Assembly (NCBI GenBank): GCA_037442925.1
Contig: JBBIPG010000001.1
Location: 33,814 to 97,813 of the forward strand
DNA length: 64,000 nt
Origin: Candidatus Fraserbacteria bacterium
GTDB taxonomy: Bacteria; Bipolaricaulota; Bipolaricaulia; RBG-16-55-9
Direction of reading: 5' to 3'
Part shown: positions 46,883 through 56,539 of the stretch, piece after piece
Position numbering within the stretch: position 1 is the first letter of the stretch
Layout: the number at the start of each line of letters is the position of its first letter
Made by a program: the position numbers and the translations under genes
The notes under the pieces: generated by a model
Seen by the model: the letters and a program-made list of their open reading frames with translations, nothing else
Databases searched by the model: none
Told to the model about the DNA's origin: nothing

Positions 46883-49279
46883 TCACTGGGCATGAGTAAA
46901 CTGAGGCAAGGCGTGTTCGAAGACTTCGTCAATGACATCCACAAAGTGGAAGCGCAGGGCCTCTTTCACATTGGCTGGTACGTCTGACAGATCGGCCTCA
47001 TTGCGCTTGGGCAGGATCACCGTCGTCACGCCTGCACGGTGGGCGGCCAGTACCTTCTCGCGAATGCCTCCCACTGGCAACACTTTGCCCCGTAGGGTGA
47101 TCTCACCCGTCATAGCCAGATCGGGCCGAAGCGGCGTATCGGTGAGGAGCGAGGCCAAGGCCGATGCGATGGTCACCCCTGCGGAAGGGCCATCCTTGGG
47201 ACTGGCCCCGGCGGGCACGTGCACATGGATATCGTACTTCTCAAAGACTCCGGGATCGATGGAGAGTGCTTGTGCCTGCGAGCGTATATACGAAAGAGCC
47301 GCTCGGGCCGATTCCTTCATCACCTCGCCTAGATAGCCCGTGAGGATCAGCTTGCCTTTGCCTCTCATCTTGGTCGCTTCAATGAAGACGATATCTCCCC
47401 CGACGCGGGTCACGACGAGACCCACGGCCACACCGCTGCGCTGCGTTCGCTCTGCCAATTCTGGAAAGTGCTTGGGTGCTCCGAGGAACTCCGAGATATC
47501 CTCCGCTGTGACGGCCCACGTCTGGCCGGTTGGTTTTTCGTTGCGAACGACACGGACCGCGAGTTTTCGCAAGACGCGCGCAATCTCCCTCTCGAGGTTG
47601 CGCACTCCGGCCTCATGCGTATATTCGCGGATGATCTTCATCACGGTGGCATCCTCAAATCGGACTCTTCTGTCTTTGAACCCGTGCTCCTTGAGCTGGC
47701 GAGGGATGAGATAGTGTTGAGCGATCTGGATCTTCTCTTCCTCGCTGTACCCCGGAAGCTCCAGCACTTCCATACGGTCCAGAAGTGCCGGTGGCACGGG
47801 TTCGAGAATGTTGGCCGTGGTGATGAACAGCACCTGTGACAGATCGAACGGCACGTCTAGATAGTGATCTTGGAATTTGGAATTCTGCTCTGGATCCAAG
47901 ACCTCCAAGAGGGCTGCCGCCGGGTCGCCGCGAAAATCCGCGCCCAGTTTATCGATCTCGTCCAACATGAAGACGGGGTTCTTGGTCCCAGCGCGGCGCA
48001 GACCCTGGATGATGCGTCCCGGTAGCGAGCCAATATACGTGCGTCGGTGGCCACGGATCTCGGCTTCATCGCGGATGCCTCCGAGCGATATGCGCACGAA
48101 TTTTCGCCCCAAGGCGCGCGCAATCGATTGCCCCAGTGACGTCTTACCCACACCGGGCGGACCCACGAAGCAGAAGATCGGGCCGCGCATCGCCCGGGTG
48201 CGCTCCTTCGCCCGCAGCTGCAACACGGCCAAATACTCGAGAATGCGCTCCTTCACCCGATTGAGGTCATAATGATCTTCATCAAGGATGGCTTTCGCGC
48301 GCGTGACATCCAGATGGTCACGAGTACGCGTGGACCATGGTAGCTCGACCAGCCAACCCAGATACGTGCGTGCCACGGTGTACTCCGGCGAGCTGGGATG
48401 CATTTCGACCAGGCGATCTAGTTCTCGCAGCGCCTCCTTCTCCACATCACCTGGCATCTTCGCGCGCGTGATCCGATCGCGAAGTTCACTGATCTCTGGA
48501 TTCTCTTCCTCGCCTAACTCTCGACGGATGACGGCCAGTTTCTCGCGAAGGTAGCGCTCTTTCACGCCACGTTCCAGTTCGCCTTTCACTTCCGTCTCAA
48601 TCTTCGAGCCCAACTCCAGAAATTCCAGCTCGCGCTCCAAGAGTCGTATAAGAAGAAGCAGCCGCTCTTTGACTTCTTGCTGATCCAGCAACTGCTGCTT
48701 CTCCTGAGATTCGAGATCGAGATGAGCCGCGACCGCATCCACCAGCTGATCTGGATCTTCAATCTTCTGGATGCCCGTGAGGATTTCTGCAGAGAGATTG
48801 GGTGAGATGGAAGCCAGCTTCTGGAAGCGCAGGGTTACGTTCTTGACGAGTGCCGCGAGTTCTCCGTCTTTACCGGCCTGAGGGCGCACAATCTGGATTC
48901 GCGCGGCCAGATACGGCATCTGTTGGGTGAACTCCACCACGCGGAGTCGCGCCAGCCCCTGAACGAGGACCATTACCGTCTGATTCGGGTATTTCATCAC
49001 CCGCACCACTCGGCATGCGGTACCCATCGAGTAGAGATCATTAGGGCTGGGTTGATCCAGAGTCGGGTCTTTCTGCATGAGCACCCCAAGCATCTTCCCT
49101 CCGGCCATCGCCTCTTCGACCGCCCGCAGTGAGCCATCCCGACCGACAGACAACGGCACAAGAGATTGTGGGAATACTACACTATCCCGCAAGGGCAAGA
49201 TGGGAAGTTCCTTAGGATATCGCTCAGGCAGAGCTTCGGTTTCGCTCTCCGGATCGTCCGCAAGTGTTTCTATCTCCAT
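46883..49279 (-). CDS. lon: Lon protease (LonA)
   Basis: LPLRD, GPPGVGKT, LDEIDK, KDGPSAG, VGGIREK. Confidence 0.97.
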   Translation of the reverse strand: MEIETLADDPESETEALPERYPKELPILPLRDSVVFPQSLVPLSVGRDGSLRAVEEAMAGGKMLGVLMQKDPTLDQPSPNDLYSMGTACRVVRVMKYPNQTVMVLVQGLARLRVVEFTQQMPYLAARIQIVRPQAGKDGELAALVKNVTLRFQKLASISPNLSAEILTGIQKIEDPDQLVDAVAAHLDLESQEKQQLLDQQEVKERLLLLIRLLERELEFLELGSKIETEVKGELERGVKERYLREKLAVIRRELGEEENPEISELRDRITRAKMPGDVEKEALRELDRLVEMHPSSPEYTVARTYLGWLVELPWSTRTRDHLDVTRAKAILDEDHYDLNRVKERILEYLAVLQLRAKERTRAMRGPIFCFVGPPGVGKTSLGQSIARALGRKFVRISLGGIRDEAEIRGHRRTYIGSLPGRIIQGLRRAGTKNPVFMLDEIDKLGADFRGDPAAALLEVLDPEQNSKFQDHYLDVPFDLSQVLFITTANILEPVPPALLDRMEVLELPGYSEEEKIQIAQHYLIPRQLKEHGFKDRRVRFEDATVMKIIREYTHEAGVRNLEREIARVLRKLAVRVVRNEKPTGQTWAVTAEDISEFLGAPKHFPELAERTQRSGVAVGLVVTRVGGDIVFIEATKMRGKGKLILTGYLGEVMKESARAALSYIRSQAQALSIDPGVFEKYDIHVHVPAGASPKDGPSAGVTIASALASLLTDTPLRPDLAMTGEITLRGKVLPVGGIREKVLAAHRAGVTTVILPKRNEADLSDVPANVKEALRFHFVDVIDEVFEHALPQFTHAQ

Positions 49280-49389
49280 GGGCAATCGCTATTGTAATCT
49301 TGCGTAGTCCTATGCGCAAGCTGTTAGATCGAGCAAAAGGAGCTTGACGATTCCCATCGCGGGTTCTATACTGCACAGCGTCTTCCTAC

Positions 49390-50751
49390 TTGACAGATGC
49401 GATGAATTCCGATCGCTGGTTCTATGGGGCGTTGTTGGCCAACGTGGCTCAAGGGGGAACCTCCCTGCTCATTCCTCTTTTCGCCACCGGTGTCATAGGC
49501 GCCAGTGTGCGTGAAGTCGGCTGGATCACGGGCCTGGCCAGCTTGACGGGCGTTCTGGCTAGCCCCTGGTGGGGCTGGCTTTCTGATCGTATCGGAAGGC
49601 GCAAGCCATTCGTAGTGGTGGGGTTTGTTGGCCTAACGCTCTCCCTGCTCATGATGGGACTTAGCCAGTCGGTGGCTCAGATGATCCTGCTCAATGCCTT
49701 CTTGAATTTCACTTGGCTGGCCAGCGCAGCTGTGGTCACACTTCTCGCCATCGCCGGGACCGATCACAGTCGCTGGGAGTCTCGTATTGGCGCACTGCAT
49801 CGCCAAATGGGCACAGGGTGGGTCCTGGGCCTCATTCTGGGATCCTTGTGGACAGGGCTTATGGGACATTGGCTGTTCCAGAGTTCAGAGGCGAGCATGC
49901 GCCCGCTGTTTTTCATGTTGGCGGGAGTTGCTGCCGCGGGTGCATTCTTCACTCGGCACTGGATCACGGAAAAGCCTCTGCCCCGCCGCGTGGAGGAGCG
50001 CCGTTTCCAGGGACTGGTCATGGCAGCCGGTCAGCTGGTAGAGCGGTTCAAGTACGCGCCTTTCCGTCTCTACCATATTGCGAATCCCCGACGTATGTGG
50101 GCATCCATACGCGGTGGCAACGACTTCGGCCCCTCACTCACCCAGTATTATTATGCCGTGCTCGTCTTCTTCACCGGCTTCACCATGTTCTTCATCCCAT
50201 ATCCCATCTTCCTCAAGGAAGTGCTACAGCTCAGCAGTGGTGAGATCTTCGCTCTTTGGGTGGTACACTCCGGGACGAGTGCGTATTTCAACTCGAGGGT
50301 GGCGCACCTGGTAGAGCGTTGGTCCAACCGTCGGTTGCAGTTGGCCGCGCTGCTCTTGCGATCCTCTGTCTTCATACTGGCAGGCTTGGTGCTCCCGCAG
50401 CTCACGGGCCAGCGAGGAATAGCTCTGGTGCTCATCATCATCTTCTTCCTGCTCACTGGTCTTAGTTGGGCCAGCATCAATATCACGGCGATTGCGCTCA
50501 TCTCACGCAGGGTTCGAGAGGGACTTAGAGGCCAAGCCTTGGGAACCTATCACGCGCTGGCTGGTCTGGGGTCCTTCCTGGGTGCAGTGTTGGGCGGCCA
50601 AGTGGCAAACATCAGTTACACCGCGAACTTCATCCTTGCCGCAGTTGTGGTGCTCTTTGGCTGGTTCCTCGCCCGCCGGAGCTTCTCCGGCGAGTATACT
50701 CCTCCGGATCTCGCAGAAACGTCAGTATCTGCTCCCGTTGGTCAGCGGTGA
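49390..50751 (+). CDS. MFS transporter
   Basis: GWLSDRIGRRK motif A, about 12 TM helices. Confidence 0.88.
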   Translation: MTDAMNSDRWFYGALLANVAQGGTSLLIPLFATGVIGASVREVGWITGLASLTGVLASPWWGWLSDRIGRRKPFVVVGFVGLTLSLLMMGLSQSVAQMILLNAFLNFTWLASAAVVTLLAIAGTDHSRWESRIGALHRQMGTGWVLGLILGSLWTGLMGHWLFQSSEASMRPLFFMLAGVAAAGAFFTRHWITEKPLPRRVEERRFQGLVMAAGQLVERFKYAPFRLYHIANPRRMWASIRGGNDFGPSLTQYYYAVLVFFTGFTMFFIPYPIFLKEVLQLSSGEIFALWVVHSGTSAYFNSRVAHLVERWSNRRLQLAALLLRSSVFILAGLVLPQLTGQRGIALVLIIIFFLLTGLSWASINITAIALISRRVREGLRGQALGTYHALAGLGSFLGAVLGGQVANISYTANFILAAVVVLFGWFLARRSFSGEYTPPDLAETSVSAPVGQR

Positions 50752-51328
50752 GTCGATCTTGGGCCATCATCACAGCGAAGAGCTCATCCCAATGGCTCAA
50801 GCTATGAAGTTGAATGCCATGTTTTTTTAATCTCTCTCGTGCCTCTTTAAGTCCTGCGAGTTCGCTGTAGTACTCGAACACGCAGAGACAGTGCTTTACG
50901 TGTCCCCCTGCCGCCTCAATGCCTTGTTGGAAAACCAACTTGCTTCCACCATCTGTGACGAGGTCTTCCACCAGCAGTACCCTCTGCCTGGCTTCGAGTA
51001 CCCCTTCGATTTGAGAGCCCTTCCCATAGCCCTTCGGAGCCTTGCGCACGTAGATCATGGGTTTATTGAGTTCCACAGCCAGGAACGCCGCGAAAGGGAT
51101 CCCCGCCGTCTCACCCCCTGCCACCACGTCAATCATACCTCGTCCGATCCTTTCGTCCACAATCTGGACAAAGGCCTGCGTGATGATGTGCCGTGGCCCT
51201 GGATACGAGATGAGTCGCCGACAATCGACGTAGACGGGCGACAATCTTCCCGATCTCAATTGAAAAGGCTCCTCTAGACGCAGGAGCACCGAATGCGTCT
51301 CGATGAGCGCCTGGGCGATCTCCTTCAT
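50630..51328 (-). CDS. pyrE: Orotate phosphoribosyltransferase
   Basis: SGRLSPVYVDCR, GGETAGIP, YVRK, PRPP motif LVEDLVTDGGS. Confidence 0.93.
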   Translation of the reverse strand: MKEIAQALIETHSVLLRLEEPFQLRSGRLSPVYVDCRRLISYPGPRHIITQAFVQIVDERIGRGMIDVVAGGETAGIPFAAFLAVELNKPMIYVRKAPKGYGKGSQIEGVLEARQRVLLVEDLVTDGGSKLVFQQGIEAAGGHVKHCLCVFEYYSELAGLKEARERLKKHGIQLHSLSHWDELFAVMMAQDRLTADQREQILTFLRDPEEYTRRRSSGGRGTSQRAPQLRQG

Positions 51329-51594
51329 GAGTGGCGCTCCTCCAGTCGGCGGGTCTCTTCGATGATCACCTGAAAGATCCTCTGAATGGCCTGGTCATTG
51401 AGTGGACCTTTGTTGGTAGTGATGACGTGCTGAAACACTTCTTTTTCGCGTTCGGGTGTATAAGTGGGTTGTCTCTTCTTTTGCTTTTCTCGCCCGATAT
51501 GAAGGGCGAACTGGGCACGCTGATTGAGCAGAACCACAATCTGCGAATCCAACTCATCGATCCGCTTGCGCCACTGCTCGATGATCGCACTCAC
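51325..51594 (-). CDS. Chorismate mutase (AroQ/type II)
   Basis: RKRIDELD..IV.LLNQR, K, PEREKEV, IF..II.E.R. Confidence 0.88.
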   Translation of the reverse strand: MSAIIEQWRKRIDELDSQIVVLLNQRAQFALHIGREKQKKRQPTYTPEREKEVFQHVITTNKGPLNDQAIQRIFQVIIEETRRLEERHS

Positions 51595-51619
51595 CTCTTA
51601 TTCGCACTTCGTGCTCTTA

Positions 51620-52324
51620 TCAAAAGTAGAAGTAGATACCAGTATGGATGACCCAGTTGAGGCTGGAGGAAGCGAATGTCTCGAGCTGTTGGAGCGGCTT
51701 TGGTGGCTCCGGTGTTGGGGGCTCTGTCGGCGGTGGCGTGGGATAGAGGTTCATGGTGGTCGTCTGGGCGTATATCATGCCGAACTCTAAGTCGAATGCC
51801 ACTTGGGATGCGACGCTCCACTCGAGTCCGCCGGTGGCTCCAAAGGCGAGAGTCGAAGTGCGACTCTCGTTGCTGGGCCAAGGCCAGCAAGGCGGGGGAG
51901 GGATAGGCGAGGGCACGGAGTCTTCGGAGCGAAACGGACAGATCATTCCCCCTTTGTAGCTGGCATTGAGACTCACGGCACGGCCTGCCAGATAGAGATC
52001 GAATCGCGAGTAGTTCGCGAGCTTTACGAGCAAGCCTGCCGAGACGATGGTCGTGGAGTTCTCACTCCATGCGTCTTTGAAACTGGATACCCAGCCGCCC
52101 GCTTCCAAGGCGAGCAAGTCATTCATCCAGTATTGCACGGATATGGCTGAACTCAAGGCCGGGTCCGCATTGAACGGAGCCATGGGAGACAAAGCCGAGG
52201 GCAAGAAACGGACACCTACTCCCCAGATGCGATTGGCCGAAAGGTCTTCCTCCTGTGCCCAGAGGGACGAAGTTGCACCCGCGAGAAGCAGCGTCAGGCA
52301 GCCCACAATGAAAAACCTCTTCAT
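51620..52324 (-). CDS. Putative small outer-membrane beta-barrel with Pro-rich loops
   Basis: Signal peptide, amphipathic strands, C-terminal TGIYFYF. Confidence 0.65.
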   Translation of the reverse strand: MKRFFIVGCLTLLLAGATSSLWAQEEDLSANRIWGVGVRFLPSALSPMAPFNADPALSSAISVQYWMNDLLALEAGGWVSSFKDAWSENSTTIVSAGLLVKLANYSRFDLYLAGRAVSLNASYKGGMICPFRSEDSVPSPIPPPPCWPWPSNESRTSTLAFGATGGLEWSVASQVAFDLEFGMIYAQTTTMNLYPTPPPTEPPTPEPPKPLQQLETFASSSLNWVIHTGIYFYF

Positions 52325-52423
52325 CTCTTCTCCTCTCCCCTTCCCCGCTTCAGGTGCTTGACCTGAAGTCGGACGATTCTACGCAGAGTATATGTTTAGG
52401 CATCGGCTGGGTCAATTGACGAA

Positions 52424-53338
52424 CTAGCGCAGGACGAAGAGCTTTCTGGGTCGGCTCTGGATTAGCTCTCCATCTATCCCAAAGACTGTGACTACATAGA
52501 GGTACACGCCGTTGGCGACGGGTCTACCCTGCGGAGTGCGAAGATCCCACGCCAAGCGCGAGCCCCCCGTTTCCTGAATGAAGACTCTCTCACCGCTCAA
52601 GGTGAAAACGTCAACGTGCATGGAAGCAATGCCCTGTCCGCTTGCGCTGAATATCACTGTGTGACGCATCGGATTCATGGCGAGGGTGATGTGATCTAGT
52701 CGTAGAGGTTTGTCGGCCAAACCTGCCGACGAGATAGGCATCTGCGAAACCCAAAGATCGACACCTTGGAAGAATGTCGCGTTGTCAATCTGGCCCGCGA
52801 CCCAGGCATCGATGATGGCGAAGAACTCTCCATCGTCGATCAGGTCGTTGTTGTTTGTATCAAAGTCCCTCAATGACGTCTGCCCTGCCGGCGGTGGTGC
52901 AGGAGGCGGCGGGGGCGGTTGTACGCCTTGCACGACGATCTTCGCAGTCATGAAAGGATGGATGCTGCAGTGGTAGGCGTACGTGCCGGGCGTGGTGAAC
53001 GTACGGGAGAAGGTCGCATTCTGATTGAGGTTTCCCGAATCGAAGAGGTTGTCATCGCTGGTGACGGTATGTGGAGCTGAATCCAAGTTGGTCCAAGTGA
53101 GGGTCGTGCCCACGGAAACAGTGAGCGTGTCTGGATTGAAAGCAAAGTTCTGGATGTTGACGTTCGTGCTCTGCGGGGGAGGTGCTGGCGGCGGCTGGGA
53201 AAGAGCAGGAGGCTCTTCTTCGATGATCGCGAACGTTGGAGTGGCGATACCCAGTATAAGCCAGAGAATCAGAATACTCACGAAGACCAAGCCGAAGAGA
53301 TGCCGCTTCAAAGCTCTATTTGGGCTTCGCGGGAACAT
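52424..53338 (-). CDS. Secreted cupredoxin with EF-hand/dockerin-like module and FlgD/CTD-like C-terminus
   Basis: F.P..L.V..G..W.N.D..PHTV and YHCSIHPFM (type-1 Cu ligands); DTNNNDLIDDGE; WDLRTPQGRPVANGVYLY..KLFVLR. Confidence 0.8.
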   Translation of the reverse strand: MFPRSPNRALKRHLFGLVFVSILILWLILGIATPTFAIIEEEPPALSQPPPAPPPQSTNVNIQNFAFNPDTLTVSVGTTLTWTNLDSAPHTVTSDDNLFDSGNLNQNATFSRTFTTPGTYAYHCSIHPFMTAKIVVQGVQPPPPPPAPPPAGQTSLRDFDTNNNDLIDDGEFFAIIDAWVAGQIDNATFFQGVDLWVSQMPISSAGLADKPLRLDHITLAMNPMRHTVIFSASGQGIASMHVDVFTLSGERVFIQETGGSRLAWDLRTPQGRPVANGVYLYVVTVFGIDGELIQSRPRKLFVLR

Positions 53339-53365
53339 AGAGTCGGCCAGCTATGCGGCTAGAAA

Positions 53366-55405
53366 CTAGGGTTGCTTCACTTCCGGGTTTGTCGAAGCAA
53401 ACAGCCCCTTGGGATTGACGATGTTCACCCAGACCGAGAGCCCATAGAGGGTCGGATGCCAGAAGGTCAACGGTGAACCCTGGGAATTCTTCAGCGGGGC
53501 ATTCGTGATCGCTGCGGCGGCTTGCTCTGTCCCATCTTCAAAGTGTGCGGAAGCGGCATGGTTCGGCCATCCGGTGATCTGGAATAACTTAGAGCTTGCC
53601 TCGGTGGAGATGAAGCGCACTCCCGCCAGCTTGAGCTTTCCAGCCTCATCGATGTCGTAGAGCAGAACCGGAGGTCGGTCGAAGACAACAGGGCCGCTCA
53701 AGAACGCCTCTTTCACGTAATGCTGCCCCACTTCGGGAACGAAATTACCAACCTTGACATAGCCATCGGTCTGAGCGACGCTCACATCTTGATACTTGGC
53801 GACCAACTTCGCCAGCTGGTTGATCTGGATGACTGCCTGTACGTCATCGGACGTGAGGCGATACTGGGTGCCAGGGATGAAGACATCGGCAGCGAAACGA
53901 GCGTTGGCATCGCGAACTTCCTCGTCGGTGACCACGCTGTCATCGATGTAATAGCTCATCCAAACAGGGACTGTAGGGTCGCTCTTGAAGTCCGTTGTGA
54001 CGGCGGCTCTAGCCCTCAGTCCTTGAGCAGGTTTTACGGTCACAGTCGTTTCAGCCGTGGCATTGGTATTGTCCGTCACTCTCAGTTTCACCGTGAATTC
54101 TCCGGCGCTGCCGAAGGGGTGAAGCGCAGTGGGTTCCGTGAACGACTCATCAAAGGTACCATCGTTGGTCCAGTCCCACTCATACTTGGTGATCTGTCCA
54201 TCGGGATCTGATGATTCTGAAGCATCAAAGCGAATGGCGTCTCCCGCAAGAGGAGACTCCGGAGTGAACTTCACTTTCGCCGTGGGTGACTGGTTGGTAC
54301 CACCGGGCGGCTGTGGAGGCTGACCGCCGGGCTGTCCCGGTTGTTGTCCTCCGGGCTGTTGGCCTGATCCTCGCCTCACTTGAATCGTTACGGCAGGCAA
54401 TGCCATTGTGACAGGCCGACCCTGGATATCGATGTATTGGACAGAGGAAGGCTCCTGGTTGAGAGCCAGAGCACCTTCTTGCTCAGCACTGATGGAGTAT
54501 TGGCTCTGCCAGACTTCACCTTGGAAGAGAAGCGAAACCTGCCATGTGAGCTGCGTGACGTTCCTGCCCAGATTTACCATGGGCTCGTTCTGCGTAGCAC
54601 CCTCATAGTTCAAGTAACCAGGAAGAGTGTGAGTGATCTGGATGAAGCGTCCCGCTACGGAGCGATTGGCGCGCTTGATCACGCTCTCCAGGGCGTCATC
54701 GCCAAAGCTCGCAAAGAAGGCTCCATTCGTCCTTTGTGCCATTTCGCTAAGCAGCTGTCTTCGAGCCGCCTGGGTGATGGCGATGGGGAAGATCGGAAGT
54801 TGTTTCTCTACGGCCCGAGGAATCTGCACAGAGGGATCTTGGCCCACATTGCTCACGCCATCGGTGGGCAGGACGATGAGCTTGACTGCATTGGCGCGCC
54901 CATTAGTAGTCATCTCATTGATGCCTAGCATGAGCCCGTCTCCCAAGGCCGTCTGTACACCGGAAGTGAGTCCCGTAATGGTTTCTAGGGCTTTCGCTTT
55001 ATCGACTGTGAGTGCCAGATTGAGTTGAGCGTGATCGGCAAATGACACGATGCCCACTCTGTCATCGCTTGCCAGATGTTCCACGAATGCTCGCGCGATT
55101 CCCTTGACCAGCTCCAGCTCGACGCTGGCAGAGCGGTCCAGAATCAAGATGAGATCCATCGGAGCGCCGCTTACGGCAGGGCCGGAGAGTTTAAGCGTGA
55201 CCGTGGCCGTCGCGGGCGAACCGGTCCCACGGACTACGACCTGAGTTGGGTTGACTGTCTGTTCTACGCGGATCGGATCGCTCTGTTGAGCTGTGATGCT
55301 CCATCCATCACCCAGCGCGACGAATAACAACGCGATCAGAGCCCATTTCATCGTTGCCTGAGCTATCAACAGGGAACTACGGCGATTTTTGTGCCTCGTA
55401 CGCAC
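53366..55405 (-). CDS. Secreted vWA and PKD domain protein
   Basis: LILDRSAS, TALGDG, LPTDG (MIDAS); GQQP linker; FDASESSDPDG.I..YEWDW..VKLRVTD. Start may be 55351. Confidence 0.85.
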   Translation of the reverse strand: MRTRHKNRRSSLLIAQATMKWALIALLFVALGDGWSITAQQSDPIRVEQTVNPTQVVVRGTGSPATATVTLKLSGPAVSGAPMDLILILDRSASVELELVKGIARAFVEHLASDDRVGIVSFADHAQLNLALTVDKAKALETITGLTSGVQTALGDGLMLGINEMTTNGRANAVKLIVLPTDGVSNVGQDPSVQIPRAVEKQLPIFPIAITQAARRQLLSEMAQRTNGAFFASFGDDALESVIKRANRSVAGRFIQITHTLPGYLNYEGATQNEPMVNLGRNVTQLTWQVSLLFQGEVWQSQYSISAEQEGALALNQEPSSVQYIDIQGRPVTMALPAVTIQVRRGSGQQPGGQQPGQPGGQPPQPPGGTNQSPTAKVKFTPESPLAGDAIRFDASESSDPDGQITKYEWDWTNDGTFDESFTEPTALHPFGSAGEFTVKLRVTDNTNATAETTVTVKPAQGLRARAAVTTDFKSDPTVPVWMSYYIDDSVVTDEEVRDANARFAADVFIPGTQYRLTSDDVQAVIQINQLAKLVAKYQDVSVAQTDGYVKVGNFVPEVGQHYVKEAFLSGPVVFDRPPVLLYDIDEAGKLKLAGVRFISTEASSKLFQITGWPNHAASAHFEDGTEQAAAAITNAPLKNSQGSPLTFWHPTLYGLSVWVNIVNPKGLFASTNPEVKQP

Positions 55406-55522
55406 AGGCCATCACCCCTTAAAAGCCCGCTTATCCAGCGAGCCAATCCGTGAGATTCTAGCGGATATGCGGCAGGGGGGTCAACCGCGAGTGACCGATG
55501 GAATCTTGACATCGGGCACCGC

Positions 55523-56539
55523 TTATGCTCTACACTCGATTCGAACCGTCGCGTTGGCAGTGCGCCCCAGCTCATCGATCAGGGTGAACTGGATCAAGAG
55601 TGGTCCCGTAGCGGAGCATCTCACGGAAACGGGGATGAATCCACTGGCGATTCCTTTCTTCTTGGGAGCCAGAAGTCGCCCAGGCAAGAGGGCGAGTTCA
55701 TCCCCCAGCCATCGAGTCTGTCCGATGCCCACCAGAGCCAGATCGAGGCTGGAGTCGAGAAAGATGATCAGGCCCGTGTGCGTCTTACCGACCTGCATTT
55801 CTTGCGGGAAAAGCACGTCTAAGATCCGGGGCGGCAAGCTCGAATTCAGTGCTTGCGCGCGTGACTGAGCCGTTCGGCATTGCTGGGGCGTAAGTACCAT
55901 GCCTCCCTCTAGGGCGGGAAACATCAAGTTGACGCGGCTATCGACGTGCTCGAGTCCTAGATTATGTCCAAGCTCATGGGCCGTAGCAAGGACGGGCAGG
56001 GGTCGAGCCGCGCGCCACTGCACCAAGCCGATAAGACCCTGGCCGAAGAAGGGCAATTCGGCGATCCCTAAGATGCCAGGCGGTAGCGCGTCCACAAGAA
56101 AGAGGTTCAAGCAGCGGTAGACGCGGTGCTGCGGCGGTAGTGCTTCATTGGCAAGGATTCTCAGTGCATCTCGATAGACTCCGATCTGGCGCCGACCTTG
56201 TAGCAATGTTGCTCCTGTGGAAGGCAATACGATTCGATCGGCAGCTACTACCGCTACCAGATTGAGCGAGAACCCGAGCTGACACTGTGACCAAACGGAG
56301 TTCACTCCATCGAAAGCCAGGCGAATCAACGATTGTGCCTGAGCGCTTGGCTCACCCAGTAGGGCCTCAGCCGTGGTGAACGTGGGCCTTTGAGCGATGA
56401 ACGCGGGTGTGCCCCCGATGACGAAGACGTTGAGACAAACAGGCAGCGGAGGATCTTGCCCATGAACGACGGCTGCCGGCAGCCCAGCAAGGAAGAGAAG
56501 AGCAAAAGTCCAGCAGCCGATGATGATTTTTACTGACAT
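55523..56539 (-). CDS. Secreted metzincin-type zinc metalloprotease
   Basis: Signal peptide, HELGHNLGLEH, Met-turn NLM. Confidence 0.8.
   Translation of the reverse strand: MSVKIIIGCWTFALLFLAGLPAAVVHGQDPPLPVCLNVFVIGGTPAFIAQRPTFTTAEALLGEPSAQAQSLIRLAFDGVNSVWSQCQLGFSLNLVAVVAADRIVLPSTGATLLQGRRQIGVYRDALRILANEALPPQHRVYRCLNLFLVDALPPGILGIAELPFFGQGLIGLVQWRAARPLPVLATAHELGHNLGLEHVDSRVNLMFPALEGGMVLTPQQCRTAQSRAQALNSSLPPRILDVLFPQEMQVGKTHTGLIIFLDSSLDLALVGIGQTRWLGDELALLPGRLLAPKKKGIASGFIPVSVRCSATGPLLIQFTLIDELGRTANATVRIECRA

Noticed and set aside
54300..54370. Short tandem-like GC repeats
   Set aside because: They encode the GQQP linker between the vWA and PKD regions.
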